Shown here: positions 38,261 through 54,473 of the stretch, piece after piece
How the letters are laid out: every line of letters starts with the position of its first letter
How positions within the stretch are numbered: the stretch's first letter is position 1
Source of the DNA: Flaccisagitta enflata
Taxonomy: Eukaryota
Assembly: GCA_965153355.1 (NCBI GenBank)
Contig: OZ231126.1
Span: 25,730,001-25,794,000 of the forward strand
Direction of reading: 5' to 3'
Length of the DNA: 64,000 bases
Position numbers and translations under genes: made by a program
The notes under the pieces: model-generated
What the model saw: only the letters and a program-made list of their open reading frames with translations
Told to the model about the DNA's origin: nothing
Database searches by the model: none

Positions 38261-38710
38261 TATCTGCCATACCATTTTCGTCAGCAAACAGAGTTTAAAG
38301 GATCACATGAACTCACACTGGCGAGAATCCATTCCAATGCAAAATCTTTCTATTAACTTTTTAGTCGCGTGCTACGCGACTCTACACCCCGCTTTTTTAG
38401 TCCGTCCGTCGGTCGGTCCGTTGGTCCGTCCATCCGTCACACTTTACTTCTTCGTCGTTAATGGGGTTTTTGGCCTTTTTGCTCCTGCCCAAATGTTCCA
38501 CTGACCTCAATTATGGCCCCTGCCCACCCATACGCGACTGGGGTAGCCGTGTATCCGGCCTTGTTTCACAAAATAGTCATCTCAGGACACACGAGAAACA
38601 GCATAACGAAAATCTAAGGCCGCAATGTCAAATCTGTGGGACTTCATGAGCCGACAATTATGGCTTAAAGACGCACATGCTAACGCACAGGAGAGAAAAA
38701 GAGCTTCAAT
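38259..38710 (+). pseudogene. Decayed zinc fingers (segment 2), split by a HINE insertion
   Basis: TICHTIFVSKQSLKDHMNSH / frameshift / GENPFQCKIFLLTF | insertion 38358-38565 | SQNSHLRTHEKQHNENLRPQCQICGTS*ADNYGLKTHMLTHRREKELQ. Confidence 0.85.
38358..38565 (+). mobile_element. HINE copy inside a decayed zinc finger
   Basis: Complete, close to consensus, inserted at a T run. Confidence 0.9.
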
Positions 38711-38838
38711 TAACGATGCTAACAGTTAATGATATCATTAATCATCGACCCCAAGTTAAAATTGCCTATTAATCACCGTTAACCATTAATTCTTGGCGCA
38801 TACTAGCAATATAAAAATCTTCTCATTACCGCCACATA

Positions 38839-40052
<1,214 letters not shown>

Positions 40053-40071
40053 TTTTCTCAGAAAAATTTTG

Positions 40072-40318
40072 AGCCTTGTTATGCTTTGTTTAAACAGGGC
40101 CAACACCTATAAATCATGTGTGAGACTTACATGATGACTTAGAATGATTTAGAATGACTTAGAATGACCTTGTATACTCTTAAAATGACATGAAGAAAAA
40201 AGATTGATAAAAAAAAGGTAAGTGTGATTGACCGACAGACAGACCAACCAACCAACCAACCAATGAACAGTCAAACGGACAAAGCCGGGTGTAGAGTCTT
40301 GTCCACCCGACTAAAAAA
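40072..40318 (-). mobile_element. HINE copy with short AATGACTTAG tandem
   Basis: Shares the GGCCAACACCTATAA end with copies at 6390, 6466 and 51224. Confidence 0.7.
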
Positions 40319-40448
40319 GAATTAATTCTGTAAATTGGATCAATTCTTTGACATTGCAAGGTTGATTACTTTACCGTTAGTAATATACTGAACTTTCAAA
40401 AACACACGCCCACAGACACCGACAAAGACACACACAGACACTTACACA

Positions 40449-40484
<36 letters not shown>

Positions 40485-40495
40485 ATTTCTCCCAA

Positions 40496-40564
<69 letters not shown>

Positions 40565-40574
40565 CTGCCAATTA

Positions 40575-41086
40575 CTATGTCTGACGTTTTTTGTGTCAAA
40601 ATTTCATTGGTCTGTGTCAAATATTTTGTTCACAACATCAATTTGAAGTAAAAGAATTATTTATGGCTGAAGCTCAATCTATCCCTTATTCATCGAAATT
40701 GTTTTTCCTATATTTTCTCTTATTTCTGATCGGTTTGAGCTACAAATATCAAAATAAACTTGAAATAAAGATGTATTATAAAGTTTGTTGAAAATATCTT
40801 CAACCAAGACGAATCTGACATTCACTGCTCAATCCAATGAGAAATAAGAGCAAATGAAAGAAAAACAACTTTGATGAATCAAAGCTAAATTGAGCTTCAT
40901 CTGAAAATGCTTCTTTTACTTCAAATCGGATGTTGTGGACAAAATATTTGACACAGACCAATGAAATTTTGACACAAAAAACATCAAACATGGTACTACA
41001 TAGAAAAATTAATTCCAGGTCATTGACAAGAAGCATCTGAGAGTAAAAGCTTAATACTTTTTCCCAGTCGAGATTGAACACCCGGT
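40575..41086. mobile_element. Palindromic MITE, left end lost
   Basis: 40583-40790 is an inverted copy of 40800-40990. Ends ...TTGAACACCCGG|TA. A related fragment lies at ~17420-17640. Confidence 0.7.
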
Positions 41087-41130
41087 ATAGCATTTTTGTG
41101 TTTTTAAATCAAAATTCTCTCTTATTCCAA

Positions 41131-41183
<53 letters not shown>

Positions 41184-41423
41184 TTGAAACACATGGACAG
41201 GTTCAAGCCAAAAATGGAAACTTACTAGTTAACAAATCCTGAAAGAAAGATTCTTTCTAAATTTTCTTACATGTCAAAGATCGGATTTTTTGGCTTAAAT
41301 AAGGGCAAACCGCTACTAAATGTTAAAGGACAGTAAACGGTTAATAGCATTTAACTATTTCGATGATTAATTACTATTTTAACGATTAATTCACCGTTAA
41401 TTAATAACCGTTAAACATCGTTA

Positions 41424-41580
41424 GCTTCAATGCAATTTATGTTCATCAGCTTTCTATCACATTCGTACCTTGAAAGAGCATATGAAGACGAACGTGGGTG
41501 AACGATTATTACAATGCAAGATATGCCCCTCAGCTTTTCCACAATCAAGTCTTTTGAAAACACATAGAAATCTTGGATAA
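41424..41580 (+). pseudogene. Decayed zinc fingers (segment 3), after the hAT insertion
   Basis: LQCNLCSSAFYHIRTLKEHMKTNVGERLLQCKICPSAFPQSSLLKTHRNLG*. In frame with segment 2 once the hAT element and one TSD copy are removed. Confidence 0.85.
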
Positions 41581-43084
41581 GCAAATGGTAGGCTGGGACT
41601 GCTAACCCTGGAACTCGCTTGTTCAAGATGGCGGCAGGAAGTTGTTTTGATATTGATATTTTTCGGGACCCCTATGGAAAAAAGTATTTACACGTTTTTG
41701 GGCTATACATAGATATGGATATCATTGTACATGATGATGAGCAGTCCTATCTGATGTGCATTTCATAACATTACAAAATCTGAAAAAAAAAAACAACCGA
41801 ATTTCGCTTATGCTAAGAAAATTCATCTTGTGTTTTATACACAACCTCCTTAGGTATCTAACCTATTTCTCATATTACAAATATGGTGGTTTTTACTGAT
41901 TGACGCTTTTTCTTTTCAAACGGTTTGAGCTAAACGCAGAGCTGAGATTTGTTGCTGTAGTTTTTGGTGTAAAGAAGATATATTCGTTATACTTGATTTT
42001 GTGAGGACATGTGTTTGTGAAGATAGGAGGCGAAGAAAGATCTTGGAGGCATGTAGCAAAAAATTATCCGTCTGGGATTATTTTCTCTCGCAACTTTTTT
42101 CCTTTGTCGGTCGCCGAAGGAGTTGGGAAGCCGGGCGTCCAACGCCATCCGACGACACCGCCACATCCTTTGGCCCCGACCAACGCTGCCGCTCATAGAA
42201 ACGCCGCTGCCCACACTACACAGCCTCAGCCATCGGGCGCCGCCGGTTCAGACCGATGGCTCCACCCACGCCGCCGCCACCTACAACTTTTTGTATGGTC
42301 GGCCGCCGTTGCATTTGCCGCCACCGTCTCTGCCACGATCAACTACGCCGCTTCAGTCAGACGCCTCCGCAAGACGCCTCCACCCAAGCAACCAACTCCA
42401 AATCCACCAACGCATTTGACTCCTCGTTACTTTATATTCTCCCCTCAACTTCTTTTCCCCCCGTTTCAGCGACTGATAGCGCGATGACGTAGATAGAATC
42501 ATAACTACTTCTTACTTAGCAATTCCTCTGAAATGTGTAGAGTTTATCGTAGCGTCTTGTGTTGTTTGTTAGTCCTCACTCAGCCATATCCGACCCAAAT
42601 GAACAACAACCGCAGTGATTATTGATGAACCACCTCGGGAATAAGCCACAGCTCTTCATAGATGGCTTCACCACAGCTCTTTAAAGATGGCTTCACCACA
42701 GGCTTTACAACTCTATCACATCACCAATAACATCAATGTCATACATCCTGCGTATTAATGGCGCCACATTCAGATGTACCCCAGCCCAATTCCCAATTTG
42801 GCGACAGCCCCCACCTCCAATGATACCAGAGCTCCATCGCCATAAAAACTTATCCTCCTTCTCCATTTGCCTTTTTTCCGCCTGGTTTGTCGGCTTTTGT
42901 CGGTCCGTTCCGTCGGCCTGGTTTGTCGGCGGCTGCGAAGGATTTACTGTTGTTTTTACAACTCTTCCGCGCCTTTGGAATCGGTACAACTTTTCTTCTG
43001 TTTCTCCTCCTTCGCACGGATCTCAGCCTTTCTTTACGACCTTTTCTTCTCTCTTGCAGCCTTCTTCTTTATTATGGATCATCT

Positions 43085-43578
<494 letters not shown>

Positions 43579-45085
43579 TTTTTTAATCATTTATCAATCA
43601 CTCTCATTGACTTTGTATTCTTTTCCTTACTATCTATGATTTTATCTCCTCAGTGAGGAGTCCTCACTCCCCCAGCCCCCCTTTCTTTGACCCTGTTTAT
43701 AAACTCTCCCCCCTCTTTTCTCCCTTTTCCGTCTATCCCCCCTTTCTGCCCCATAACTCTCTGAAGATGCCGTTTAATATAATAATAACGAGCGACAAGC
43801 AGTTTCGTCTCTCTCTTTCTCGATCATTTTCACGTTATTATTCGTCTTTTAAATCTTGTCTATCTTCCATCGTCTCATTGGTTTGTTCCATGTCACCTAA
43901 TGACGTCACAATGAATATCCTCCATCGTGATTGGTCCAGATGAAGTGACGTCACCAAGCTTCTTCTTTTTTCTCTATTCGGTCCTGGCGATGGCTAAAGT
44001 GAGATTTATTGTCTCTTTGCCGATTCCAAATGGAAAGGAAATTGTCCCGTTTCGCGAGGGAACTGGGAAAGCTCCCAAGTATGGAATTGGTGAAGAAAGA
44101 GTTGGAGGGAGAATGGCGATCGCTCCTTTGTATGGAATTGGGGAAGGGAGAGTGGGTGAAAGAATGAACTGAGTGGCAAATTGGCAATGGCTCCTGTATA
44201 TGGAATTGGTGAAGGGAGAGCGGGTGAGAGAATGGTGAGGGCTCCTGTGTATGGAATTGGTGATATGAGATTGGGCGAGAGAACTAGTAGGGTGAATTTG
44301 TGAGGGACTTTTATGGGCTCATGAGTATGAAACTCATGCATGGAAAGTTGGTTTGGGCTCTAAGAGGGATCTGGGATTGGCGATGTGACAGTCAAGGAGA
44401 GGCAGAGGGAAGGGAATTGGGGTAGAATTTCTTAGTGTACACGAAAAAGATGGGCGTCTGGGTTGTGGTGAAAGACTGTGCTAGGGTTTTGGAAGAATGA
44501 GTAAATACGCATGTTTGCCTGCAGAGAACAGATCTCTATATGTGTGTAGAAGCTATCTGCTATTTAGGATGTTGTATAGCTCTAGCGTTAGGCTACTGTG
44601 CGTTTCTCAATCATTTTCAATCAATTCGTTTAAAAAATGTGGATTGCGAGGCCATCATCTAACGTTGGTAAGTGGAAAACGTGCTAATGCACCATTTTTC
44701 GACTCGGCCATTTGCGTCTACAAAGCCGTAAACTCAGCTTATTCCTGACCACCTCCCTTTCAAGTCGGAAGTGAACATTACATCACAATTGGCGCGTTAC
44801 AAGCGGGAAATTTTTAAGACAGTCTTAACGGAAGTTTTTACGGTAGTTTTACGGGTTGACGACGATAATAACACGGATGCAGTAACAAACGGACGACATC
44901 GAATGAATAATGCGACAATTACCGTCATCGTCTGATAATGTGACAATTATGAGACTTGATCCGGCAACAACTTTAATCATTACGAGGCGACGCTACGACG
45001 ACCGAGACCGAGTTCCCGAAATGTGACAATTATACGATCGTTACCGGCGGAATCGGATGAATTACTGCCGTGGTGGTCTCTGGCA

Positions 45086-45198
<113 letters not shown>

Positions 45199-45770
45199 AA
45201 TGCACCTCATTGTGACCCTTTGAATTTTCACCATCTCCATTCTGCTTCCACCTTCTTTTCTCTCTCTCAAAAAAAAAAACCAACTATCAATTCAAAAACG
45301 GATTTGACCACAGATTCTTCGCCGCCTGTTTGTAACATGAAACGATACGAAATCCTTCTGATATAAAGCTATCTGTGAAAGTAAAAGTTGGGCCATTAAA
45401 AAGTCATTCACTGTATAACATGTGCAACAAAAATAGAAAAATATCGTGAGAAAATTATTTGTCGAAAGATTGCAAAAGTTACTTTTTTTTGTACAATATA
45501 TGCTTCCACTCTTATGCATACAAATCCAATCTTAGGCTATAACCCCTTTTTGTTTTGGTTTTCGTGCTAATTCATATTCTTGTTGTTCAGCTCTGTGTAT
45601 ATATTTACCAATAAAGGCGGCTCTCGCCGACTGAAAAAAAGTCGTAATTGGGGGTCAATTTTTTTGTGCATGTTCTTTTATGTGAGCATCCCATGACTTT
45701 TGGTTGATTGCTTGTTTGTTTTTGTTATTCAATCTTTGTCTCTCTGTGTCTCTTTTTCCTCTTGGCCTTT

Positions 45771-46151
<381 letters not shown>

Positions 46152-46378
46152 TATCTATGTGTGTGTGGGTAGGGAAAATCTCGTTATTCAGATTTTTCTA
46201 AGTCGCGTTACTTAGAATTTTGCACTTTTCTCATAACTCAGATTCTATGTTATGAGAATTTGAAATTTTTGTTATTTCTCATAACTCAGATTGTCTGTTT
46301 TTCTATCTTTTTCTCATAACTCAGATTTTTCTTTAAATTCAGTGTTTTTTTTTGCTCTTTTTGTATCTCTTCTCTTTC

Positions 46379-46858
<480 letters not shown>

Positions 46859-47458
46859 AGTGGCGCTTATTCTCCCGCCAAAAATCATACATTTTTCCTT
46901 TTCTGATCATTTCAAAGTCAATCTCGTAAGTTGATGAGGGGCACAACACAGGGTTGAATGGTAGCCGTAGGTCTTGAGGGTCCAGGAGTTGGATTTTCCT
47001 CTTCAATTGAGATTGTCGGCGCCGCCAGTTCAGCAGCGATAATTTGGTCCAAGTTGTTATCAGGGCCGTCGCCAAAAACTGCATGCCTGCCCAGTGCAGC
47101 CCAGCCTTTATCGGCGGCGCGTCTTTTCTTTTGTCTTTCAATTCGTCGCCGTCGAAGGTGTTCTTGTTGACGCCCTCTGCGCTCCGTCTTTTCCTTCTGC
47201 GTAATTCCTCGGTCAATGCTTATCTTCCCGGACTCGACATCGGCACACCATTCCGCCAAACGGCTTCCGCTTCTTGTCATTCATGAGGATCTTCTCGGTC
47301 GTTTTACTTGCAACGTCTTGCTGATGGTAACTTATCCGATTGACGATTGTTACGCGGTCCACGCTTTTTCCCGCGGCTATCAACACCAGCGCAGATCCAC
47401 AAATCTCGATCACTCCGAAAAGTGATTGAGATTGCGTTGTGGTGTGGAAAAATGCCGT

Positions 47459-47766
47459 TCAGCTATTTTGCCCACTCAGCATCGCCACTGGCCTGCAACT
47501 TTGCTCCATTCCAAATTTTCGTTTGTCACTTTTGATTTTTGCTAGATCTGTGTCAGATATCTGGTAATCGAAAGGCGCTCTTTTAGGATTTGACTGCGGG
47601 TGAAACTCGCCCATCACTCCACAGGGTTCTCGCTCGATCGGACTGTTAGAGAATTCCATTCCGCAAAAACCCCCGGCGCTGCCATCAGTTCCGCCGCCAC
47701 CGCCACCGTCGCCGCCACTACCGCCACCGCCGCCGCCACCGCCACCGCCACCGCCACCGCCACCGC

Positions 47767-47812
<46 letters not shown>

Positions 47813-48316
47813 AGAACTTCCCTCGCCGAATTGAGGGTCACCACCGAAGGATCCACCGGGGCCTCCACCGTAATCGTCGTTATTGTCGTCGTCACAGAAA
47901 TCATCGTCCGTGAGATCGTAAAGACCCATCGTAGTGACTCTTTGGGACGTAATTGCGTTGCCTAATCCAATTCTGTTCATAGCGAATACGCAGAATCTAT
48001 AGATCTTGAATGGATCAAGGCGGTTGACGACGATTGACGTCCCTTCAACGGTGTCGTTCCATGGACTCCATATTTTGGGGCACGCAAAATCTTGAAATTC
48101 TACGTTGTAGAAGATCACTGGTGAATCGCCTTCCAACACAGGCGGCTCCCACTCTACGCGCACTTCGTGTGACGATATCGGGCTAACAACAAGGTTAATG
48201 GGCAGTGACGGCGCTCCTCTGTTCCTGTGTTGCCAACCGAAACATCTTTCATTCATCTCCCTGGCCATAGTCTCTCTCTGTTCGACAATTCTCTCCCGCC
48301 TTTGGATGTTATCCAC
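47459..48316 (-). CDS. Fibronectin type III domain protein with acidic stretch and poly-Gly tract (possibly pseudogenised)
   Basis: PSLPINLVV..VEWEPP..GDSPV..YNVE..W..TSIVVNRLDP..IYRFCVFAMNRIGLG matches the FN3 consensus. The annotated start is GTG. An in-frame ATG at 48448 is followed by one TAG at codon 11. Confidence 0.8.
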
Positions 48317-48950
48317 CTCGCTGTCGAAATTGTCGGCGAATTTAAAAGCCTCTGATATTGTTGATACTCTTTTTGTTGCTGTTGTGTCGAAATTTGATTT
48401 GAGTCCGGATTCAGTCTACACAATTGAAATTTGACGCCGATTGGACATGAATATTACGTCAACTGACGGACGGTCCAAGGTCCACAACGCGACGACGGGA
48501 CGCTTCAGACGAGACCCTTGAAGCCGGTTACCTCAGTCCCGTCGATTTGGATTATAATGTGAGACGTGTATCGACTCTTGTTAAGCTGTCTGCTGAGGGC
48601 CGCGTGTTGACATTTTGTTGAGTGCTGTTGTGCTGTTGAGTGCTGTTGTGCTGTTGAGTGCTGTTGTGCTGTTGTGCGCCGCTGGACTTAACAATTCCCA
48701 AAGCGAAAAACAAAAAATACACCTTTCATGATCGTATGCGCTGTTAAATTGGCCAAAAAAGGGTGAAAAGATGTCTTTTTTTGTCTTTTTGTCTTTTTTT
48801 ATATTTTTGTCTTTTTTTACTAGATATGAAACAAAGAAAGCGAACATTGAATTTATTTTGAATAGATTTACTAGGGTACTTAAGGGTGTTCTTATACATA
48901 TTTTCTTTAGTTTTGATCGTTGCGATATGGTTTGTACAAAGAAGCATGAA

Positions 48951-49275
48951 TTATATTGCTGATTTTGAAACTCACCAAAAAAGGTGTCAAATCAATTGAG
49001 GCGCTCAGCGCGTAGGGAAAGTAACTCAGTTAGTAGGAAACATAATTAAAACTCCAAATCTAGAATCAATCGGCGATCTTTAATCAAATCTGGGATCCAA
49101 AATTGTAAGTCTTGAATCAAAATGGTCGCTCACTCACTTGTACAAATAAAAAAGCAGAGAAAATTTCTGCTCACTCGCGTTCTCCAGTTAAGGATGGCGC
49201 AACTGACGGTAACAACAACTTCTAGAGCAGAGATCAATGATAACTTGTCAAATTGGCAATTGTCACACACACAGC
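48951..49275. repeat. Long direct repeat, copy B
   Basis: Near-identical to 46529-46858. Confidence 0.95.
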
Positions 49276-49285
49276 GGTCGCACTT

Positions 49286-49359
<74 letters not shown>

Positions 49360-49361
49360 TC

Positions 49362-49563
49362 TTTTTAGTCGCCTGCTACACGACTCTACACCCCACTTTG
49401 ATGGTCTGTATGTCCATCCGTCGGTCGGTTGGTCCCCATTTTATTTTTTTAGCGTTGGAGCGTTTTGAGCTCACCGCTCCTGCCCAAATGCTACAGTGAC
49501 CTTCTCCATCACTGCCCGTGCCCACCCGCACGCAACTAGGGTAGCCGTGTATCTGGCCTTGTT
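49362..49563 (+). mobile_element. HINE copy
   Basis: Both termini recognisable. Confidence 0.85.
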
Positions 49564-49571
49564 TTCCTCCC

Positions 49572-49663
<92 letters not shown>

Positions 49664-50503
49664 TGTGTGTATGTGTTTGTGTGTTTGATTGTGTGTAAAT
49701 TTGTGTTTCTGTTTGTTTTTTTGCTCCCCTTATTGACAGTTTTACAATACGCCAGGCCCGAAAAATGGCGGGCCCCTTTGCTGGCTCCCTTGGTTGGGCT
49801 CCCCCCACCCTCTTCAGCCCCCTCCTTTACTTTCAATATTTCAACTTTTTCAATATTATTTCACTACCTTAAAGTTTGTTGCAGTGCTGAAACTTCAGCC
49901 TCCAGAATTTGTAACTTGGATAGAACCTTTCTTTTTTTCACTTTCTTATCTTATTTTGTTTTTATTTCTTTGTTTTTTTTTCTTTATTCTTTTCTTTCTT
50001 TGTTTTATTTTCTGTTTTTTTTTTAAATATTACAGAGGCTTTCACAGGTCCCACTGGTGCCCAGGCCTCCCATCTCAGATGGGGTGACCCCCTCTGGCCG
50101 GACCTGCATCCATATATACTATCTTGGAAAAAATAAAAGTCCAAGCTGGATAAAGGGATGAGTTTCTTTCCAATGTGATCAAATTATGAATATTTTTGTA
50201 AGCCCAGTATTTGGAATAACCTTTTAAGAATTAAATAACAGCTTAGATCTGTAAGGGCATACCTTGGAAAAGAGTATCAAGCCATTTTAAAGCATAGTAC
50301 CTCCACACAATTTTTTCAAATTTTCTGAGAATCAACAATTCCATTTTTTTTATGTAGAATCCAAACCAATAGAGCTATGAGTCTCTGCTTGGCGGCAATA
50401 CATAGCCCTGATCAATAGCTTCAAAATGGTCTCCGATTTTCCTTTTAAATTTTGCATTTCAAAGCGACACTGTAACCAAACATCACATGTTTATAATCAG
50501 GCC

Positions 50504-50706
50504 TTTTTTTAGTCGCGTGCTATGCGACTCTACATCCCGCTTTGTCGGTCAGTCCGTCCGTCCGTCCATTGGTCCGTCACACTTTACTTTTTTTTGTTTT
50601 TTTGCGGTCAATGGCCTCACTGCACCTGCCCAAATGATTGAGTGACCTCAAATACAGCCCCTGCCCACCCACACGCGACTGGGGTAGCCGTGTATCCGGC
50701 CTTGTT
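50504..50706 (+). mobile_element. HINE copy in the T run of the hAT TIR
   Basis: Complete copy. Confidence 0.9.
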
Positions 50707-51223
50707 AGTGATTTCTTTGGCAGAGCCAACCGGGCTCTCTCCTCCCAAATTTACAGAGCCCGATAGCAAAACAGCGAGCCGGGCAAAAAAATAATCCAGG
50801 GTGGAAGGCTACCTAAATTGTGTGTGGGGCGGGCAGGGGCTGTGAGGAAATTTGCTGAAGAACATTTGGGCAGGAGAAGCAACATTAAAATCACTTCTAA
50901 ATGCCAGAAAAAACAGGGTCACTGATCAACAGAGCAACAGATAGACTAATGAATGGAAGGATCAACAGATGGAGAGACCAACAGATGGACGGACCGAGAT
51001 AGACAGACTAACAGATAGACAGACCGCTCAACATTGTGGGTTATATCTATAGAGTAGTGTGCAAACGACTTGAAAAACTGAACATTCTGCTCCATTATTT
51101 CACTGTCATCTTTCCATGGTAGTTTTTCTTCTCTCACATGATAGAAATAAATCGGTTTTCAAGAAAGCAAAAATCATCATATGCCAACTTTTTCTACCAG
51201 AAATATTAGACGCATTTACATGA

Positions 51224-51427
51224 AACAAGGCCAACACCTATAAGTTGAGTGCGAGACCTACAGATTGACTTAGAATGACTTAGAATGACTTAGAATGACT
51301 TAGAATGACTCAGTATACTCTTAAATGACTTTAAATGACCTAAAGAAATAAAATTGATAAAAAAGTAGTGTGACCAACGGATGGACGGACAAAGTGGGGT
51401 GAAGAGTCCCGTGCACGCGACTAAAAA
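51224..51427 (-). mobile_element. HINE copy with (AATGACTTAG)n
   Basis: Both termini present, 10-bp internal tandem. Confidence 0.8.
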
Positions 51428-52018
51428 TGAGATGCTTTACTTGTTGATCAATTTGCATATTAGTCACACTTACCTTTTGAATTAGATTTTCTTTTTATGA
51501 TTTTACAAGAATCTTCCAATTCATTTGAGTTCAAAACATGGTTTCAATCTTGAGAGAGCCAGCCGGGCTCAGAGCCTGTAAAATCAGAGAGCCTGGCAGC
51601 GAAATAGAGAGCCACGGGCTCGCGGGCTTGCTCTGAAAAAAGGCCTGTTTATAATCTATTCTATTATTCTGTCTATTCACTGAAAAAAAACATTTTCACT
51701 TATTTTGATGTAAAATCTAAATGAATAAAGCTATGAGTCTCAGCTTGGTGCCATTTGCTAGCCCTTTTATCACCTTCATGTTGGTCACCAATTTTTATAT
51801 CAAATCATGAATATCCAAGCTTGAATATGACGAAACGTCCTGGACTTTTATTATTTCCAAGATAGTATCATATTATTAGCGGTATCCATTGCTCTGCTTC
51901 ATTGCTGTTTCAAGGTAGTGGGGTCAGAGCAGGGACATATTTAAAATAATTTCTTTTTATTTTGCTATTTTGCATAAGTGCAGAGACAAGAATGAGAGAA
52001 AAAAGAGAGAGCGAGAGT

Positions 52019-52102
<84 letters not shown>

Positions 52103-52305
52103 CAGAGAGAGAGAGAAAAAAAAAGAATGAATGAAATAATAAAGAAAAATTCTCATAACTTAGATTCTGAGTAATGAGAAAAAGATAGAAAGATAGACAA
52201 TCTGAGTAATGAGAATATAATTCTCATCACTAAGAATCTGAATGATGAGAATTTCCAAATTCTTGCCACTCAGATTCTAAGTAACACGACCTACCCGTGT
52301 GGGTA

Positions 52306-52402
<97 letters not shown>

Positions 52403-52409
52403 TTGTATA

Positions 52410-52521
<112 letters not shown>

Positions 52522-52533
52522 CTTGCGTGTGTT

Positions 52534-52633
<100 letters not shown>

Positions 52634-53305
52634 AGGCAGATTGAAATATCAAAGCTAGCGTCATAAAAGTTGTATTCAATTTGCGTAACATCTTTTATAA
52701 TCCCTTATGTTACATATAGCTGAAAAATTTGGATCAATGAAAAATATTGATTTTTGCGAAAACGCGAAAAAATAAAAAAAGATTCAAAAATTCATAATTC
52801 CTAAACTAATGATCATGCAGACTTCTGGTTGGCGCCATTGGAAAGAGAAAAATTAGCTCTTTCTTAGCTGTGAATATCAAAAAAAGTATCATCCCAGCCC
52901 CAAAATGGCCCAACTTCCTAAAATTGTCTCAAATCAAAAATGGAAAACTTCATTTCTCCCCTACGTTTCAAAAAGTCGAATTACGTAATTCGACTTTTTT
53001 CCAGCTATCGCTGTTTTCTTGTTCTGATCGTTCTTCACACTACTGCCGTGGAAGTTGTTCTGTCCTTGTGGTGGCTTTCGACTTTGTTCATCTCCGCGTT
53101 GCTCATGGTTCTGTTGCCTTCAGAACGAGTCTAGTATCTTCTCTGTATTTCCCGGGGGAGTGAAAGAGATGCAGAGGCAGAAGATGAGGGAGGAAACTTC
53201 AGAATGAGGAGAGGGCGACAACGGGGTACAGTTGAGGACAAAAGTGAGGAAAGGGTAAGTCGAGAGCAATTGGGGAAGAAATTCGGTCAGGACCATATCC
53301 AAAGC

Positions 53306-53596
53306 GACAACAAATGCAAAAACGACAAAAACGACAACAGCAACAGCAACGACAAAAATACAAAAACAAAAACAAAAACAAAAACAAAAACAAAAACAAA
53401 AACAAAAACAAAAACAAAAACAAAAACAAAAACAAAAACAAAAACAAAAACAACAAAAACAACAAAAACAACAATAACAACAATAACAACAATAACAACA
53501 ATAACAACAATAACAACAATAACAACAAAAACAACAAAAACAACAAAAACAACAAAAACATCAAAAACAACAAAAACAACAAAAACAACAAAAACA

Positions 53597-53643
<47 letters not shown>

Positions 53644-53685
53644 TACAACGACAACGACATCAACAGCGACATCGAGAACAACAAT

Positions 53686-53727
<42 letters not shown>

Positions 53728-53822
53728 AACAACAACGACAACGACAACGACAAAAAACCACAACCATAACCACAATCAAAACCATAACAACAACAGCAAC
53801 AACAACAGTAACAACAACAACG
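53306..53822. repeat. Compound (AAAAAC)n/(AACAACAAT)n/(GAC)n repeat
   Basis: Directly visible. Confidence 0.95.
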
Positions 53823-54275
53823 ATTTCAAAATAAAGACAAGAAACAAATTGCAAGAGAGAAAGGAGAAGGAGATTAGAGAAGCCATGTCGAGGAAAAGAC
53901 AACCCAAAGAGGGAGTTCAAGGCAAAAAAAAAAATAAAAGAAGAAAACAGAGAGAAGATTAAAAAGATGCGAAGAACGGAAGAAGAGCGAAGAGGAGGAG
54001 GGAGGCTGTTGCTCGCGATATTACCATGTGAGCGTCGACGTCTGATAATTGCGTATCTGCATTTCAGGCTTGGCTCCCTTGAGGGAGGGCGGCAAGAAAA
54101 CGAACTTGTCGCTTATTCAAAGAACGTCAAGAGCAAAGACAGTGGGAGGCTGTAGGGGGGGGCTGTGGAGGACTGTGGGAGACTGTGGAAGGGCTGTGGA
54201 ACACTGCGGAAGACTGTGGGGGCGGGGTACTGCAAGAGGTCGTGGGTGGAAGAGGGAGATAGAAACGAAAGGGTG

Positions 54276-54333
<58 letters not shown>

Positions 54334-54473
54334 GTGGTAGTTTGGGAAATTGAGTTAGTAAATGACAGTAAAGTGTAGGGAAAGTGTTTAATGACAGTAG
54401 AAAATGAACGGATGGCCACCAGAAAGAGGAACAGATGAATTTCTGATGGAGAATAAAACGCTTGAAATAACAG

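Larger units (their letters stand above)
50498..51647. mobile_element. hAT MITE with 8-bp TSD
   Basis: TTTATAAT|CAGGCCTTTTTT ... AAAAAAGGCCTG|TTTATAAT, with GAGCC subterminal motifs. Confidence 0.88.
50119..51865. mobile_element. Tc1/mariner MITE hosting nested insertions
   Basis: TA|CTATCTTGGAAAAAATAAAAGTCCA ... TGGACTTTTATTATTTCCAAGATAG|TA. Confidence 0.85.

Noticed and set aside
49753-50106. CAGGCCCG...CGGACCTG as a hAT MITE
   Set aside because: Short imperfect TIR and no matching 8-bp TSD.
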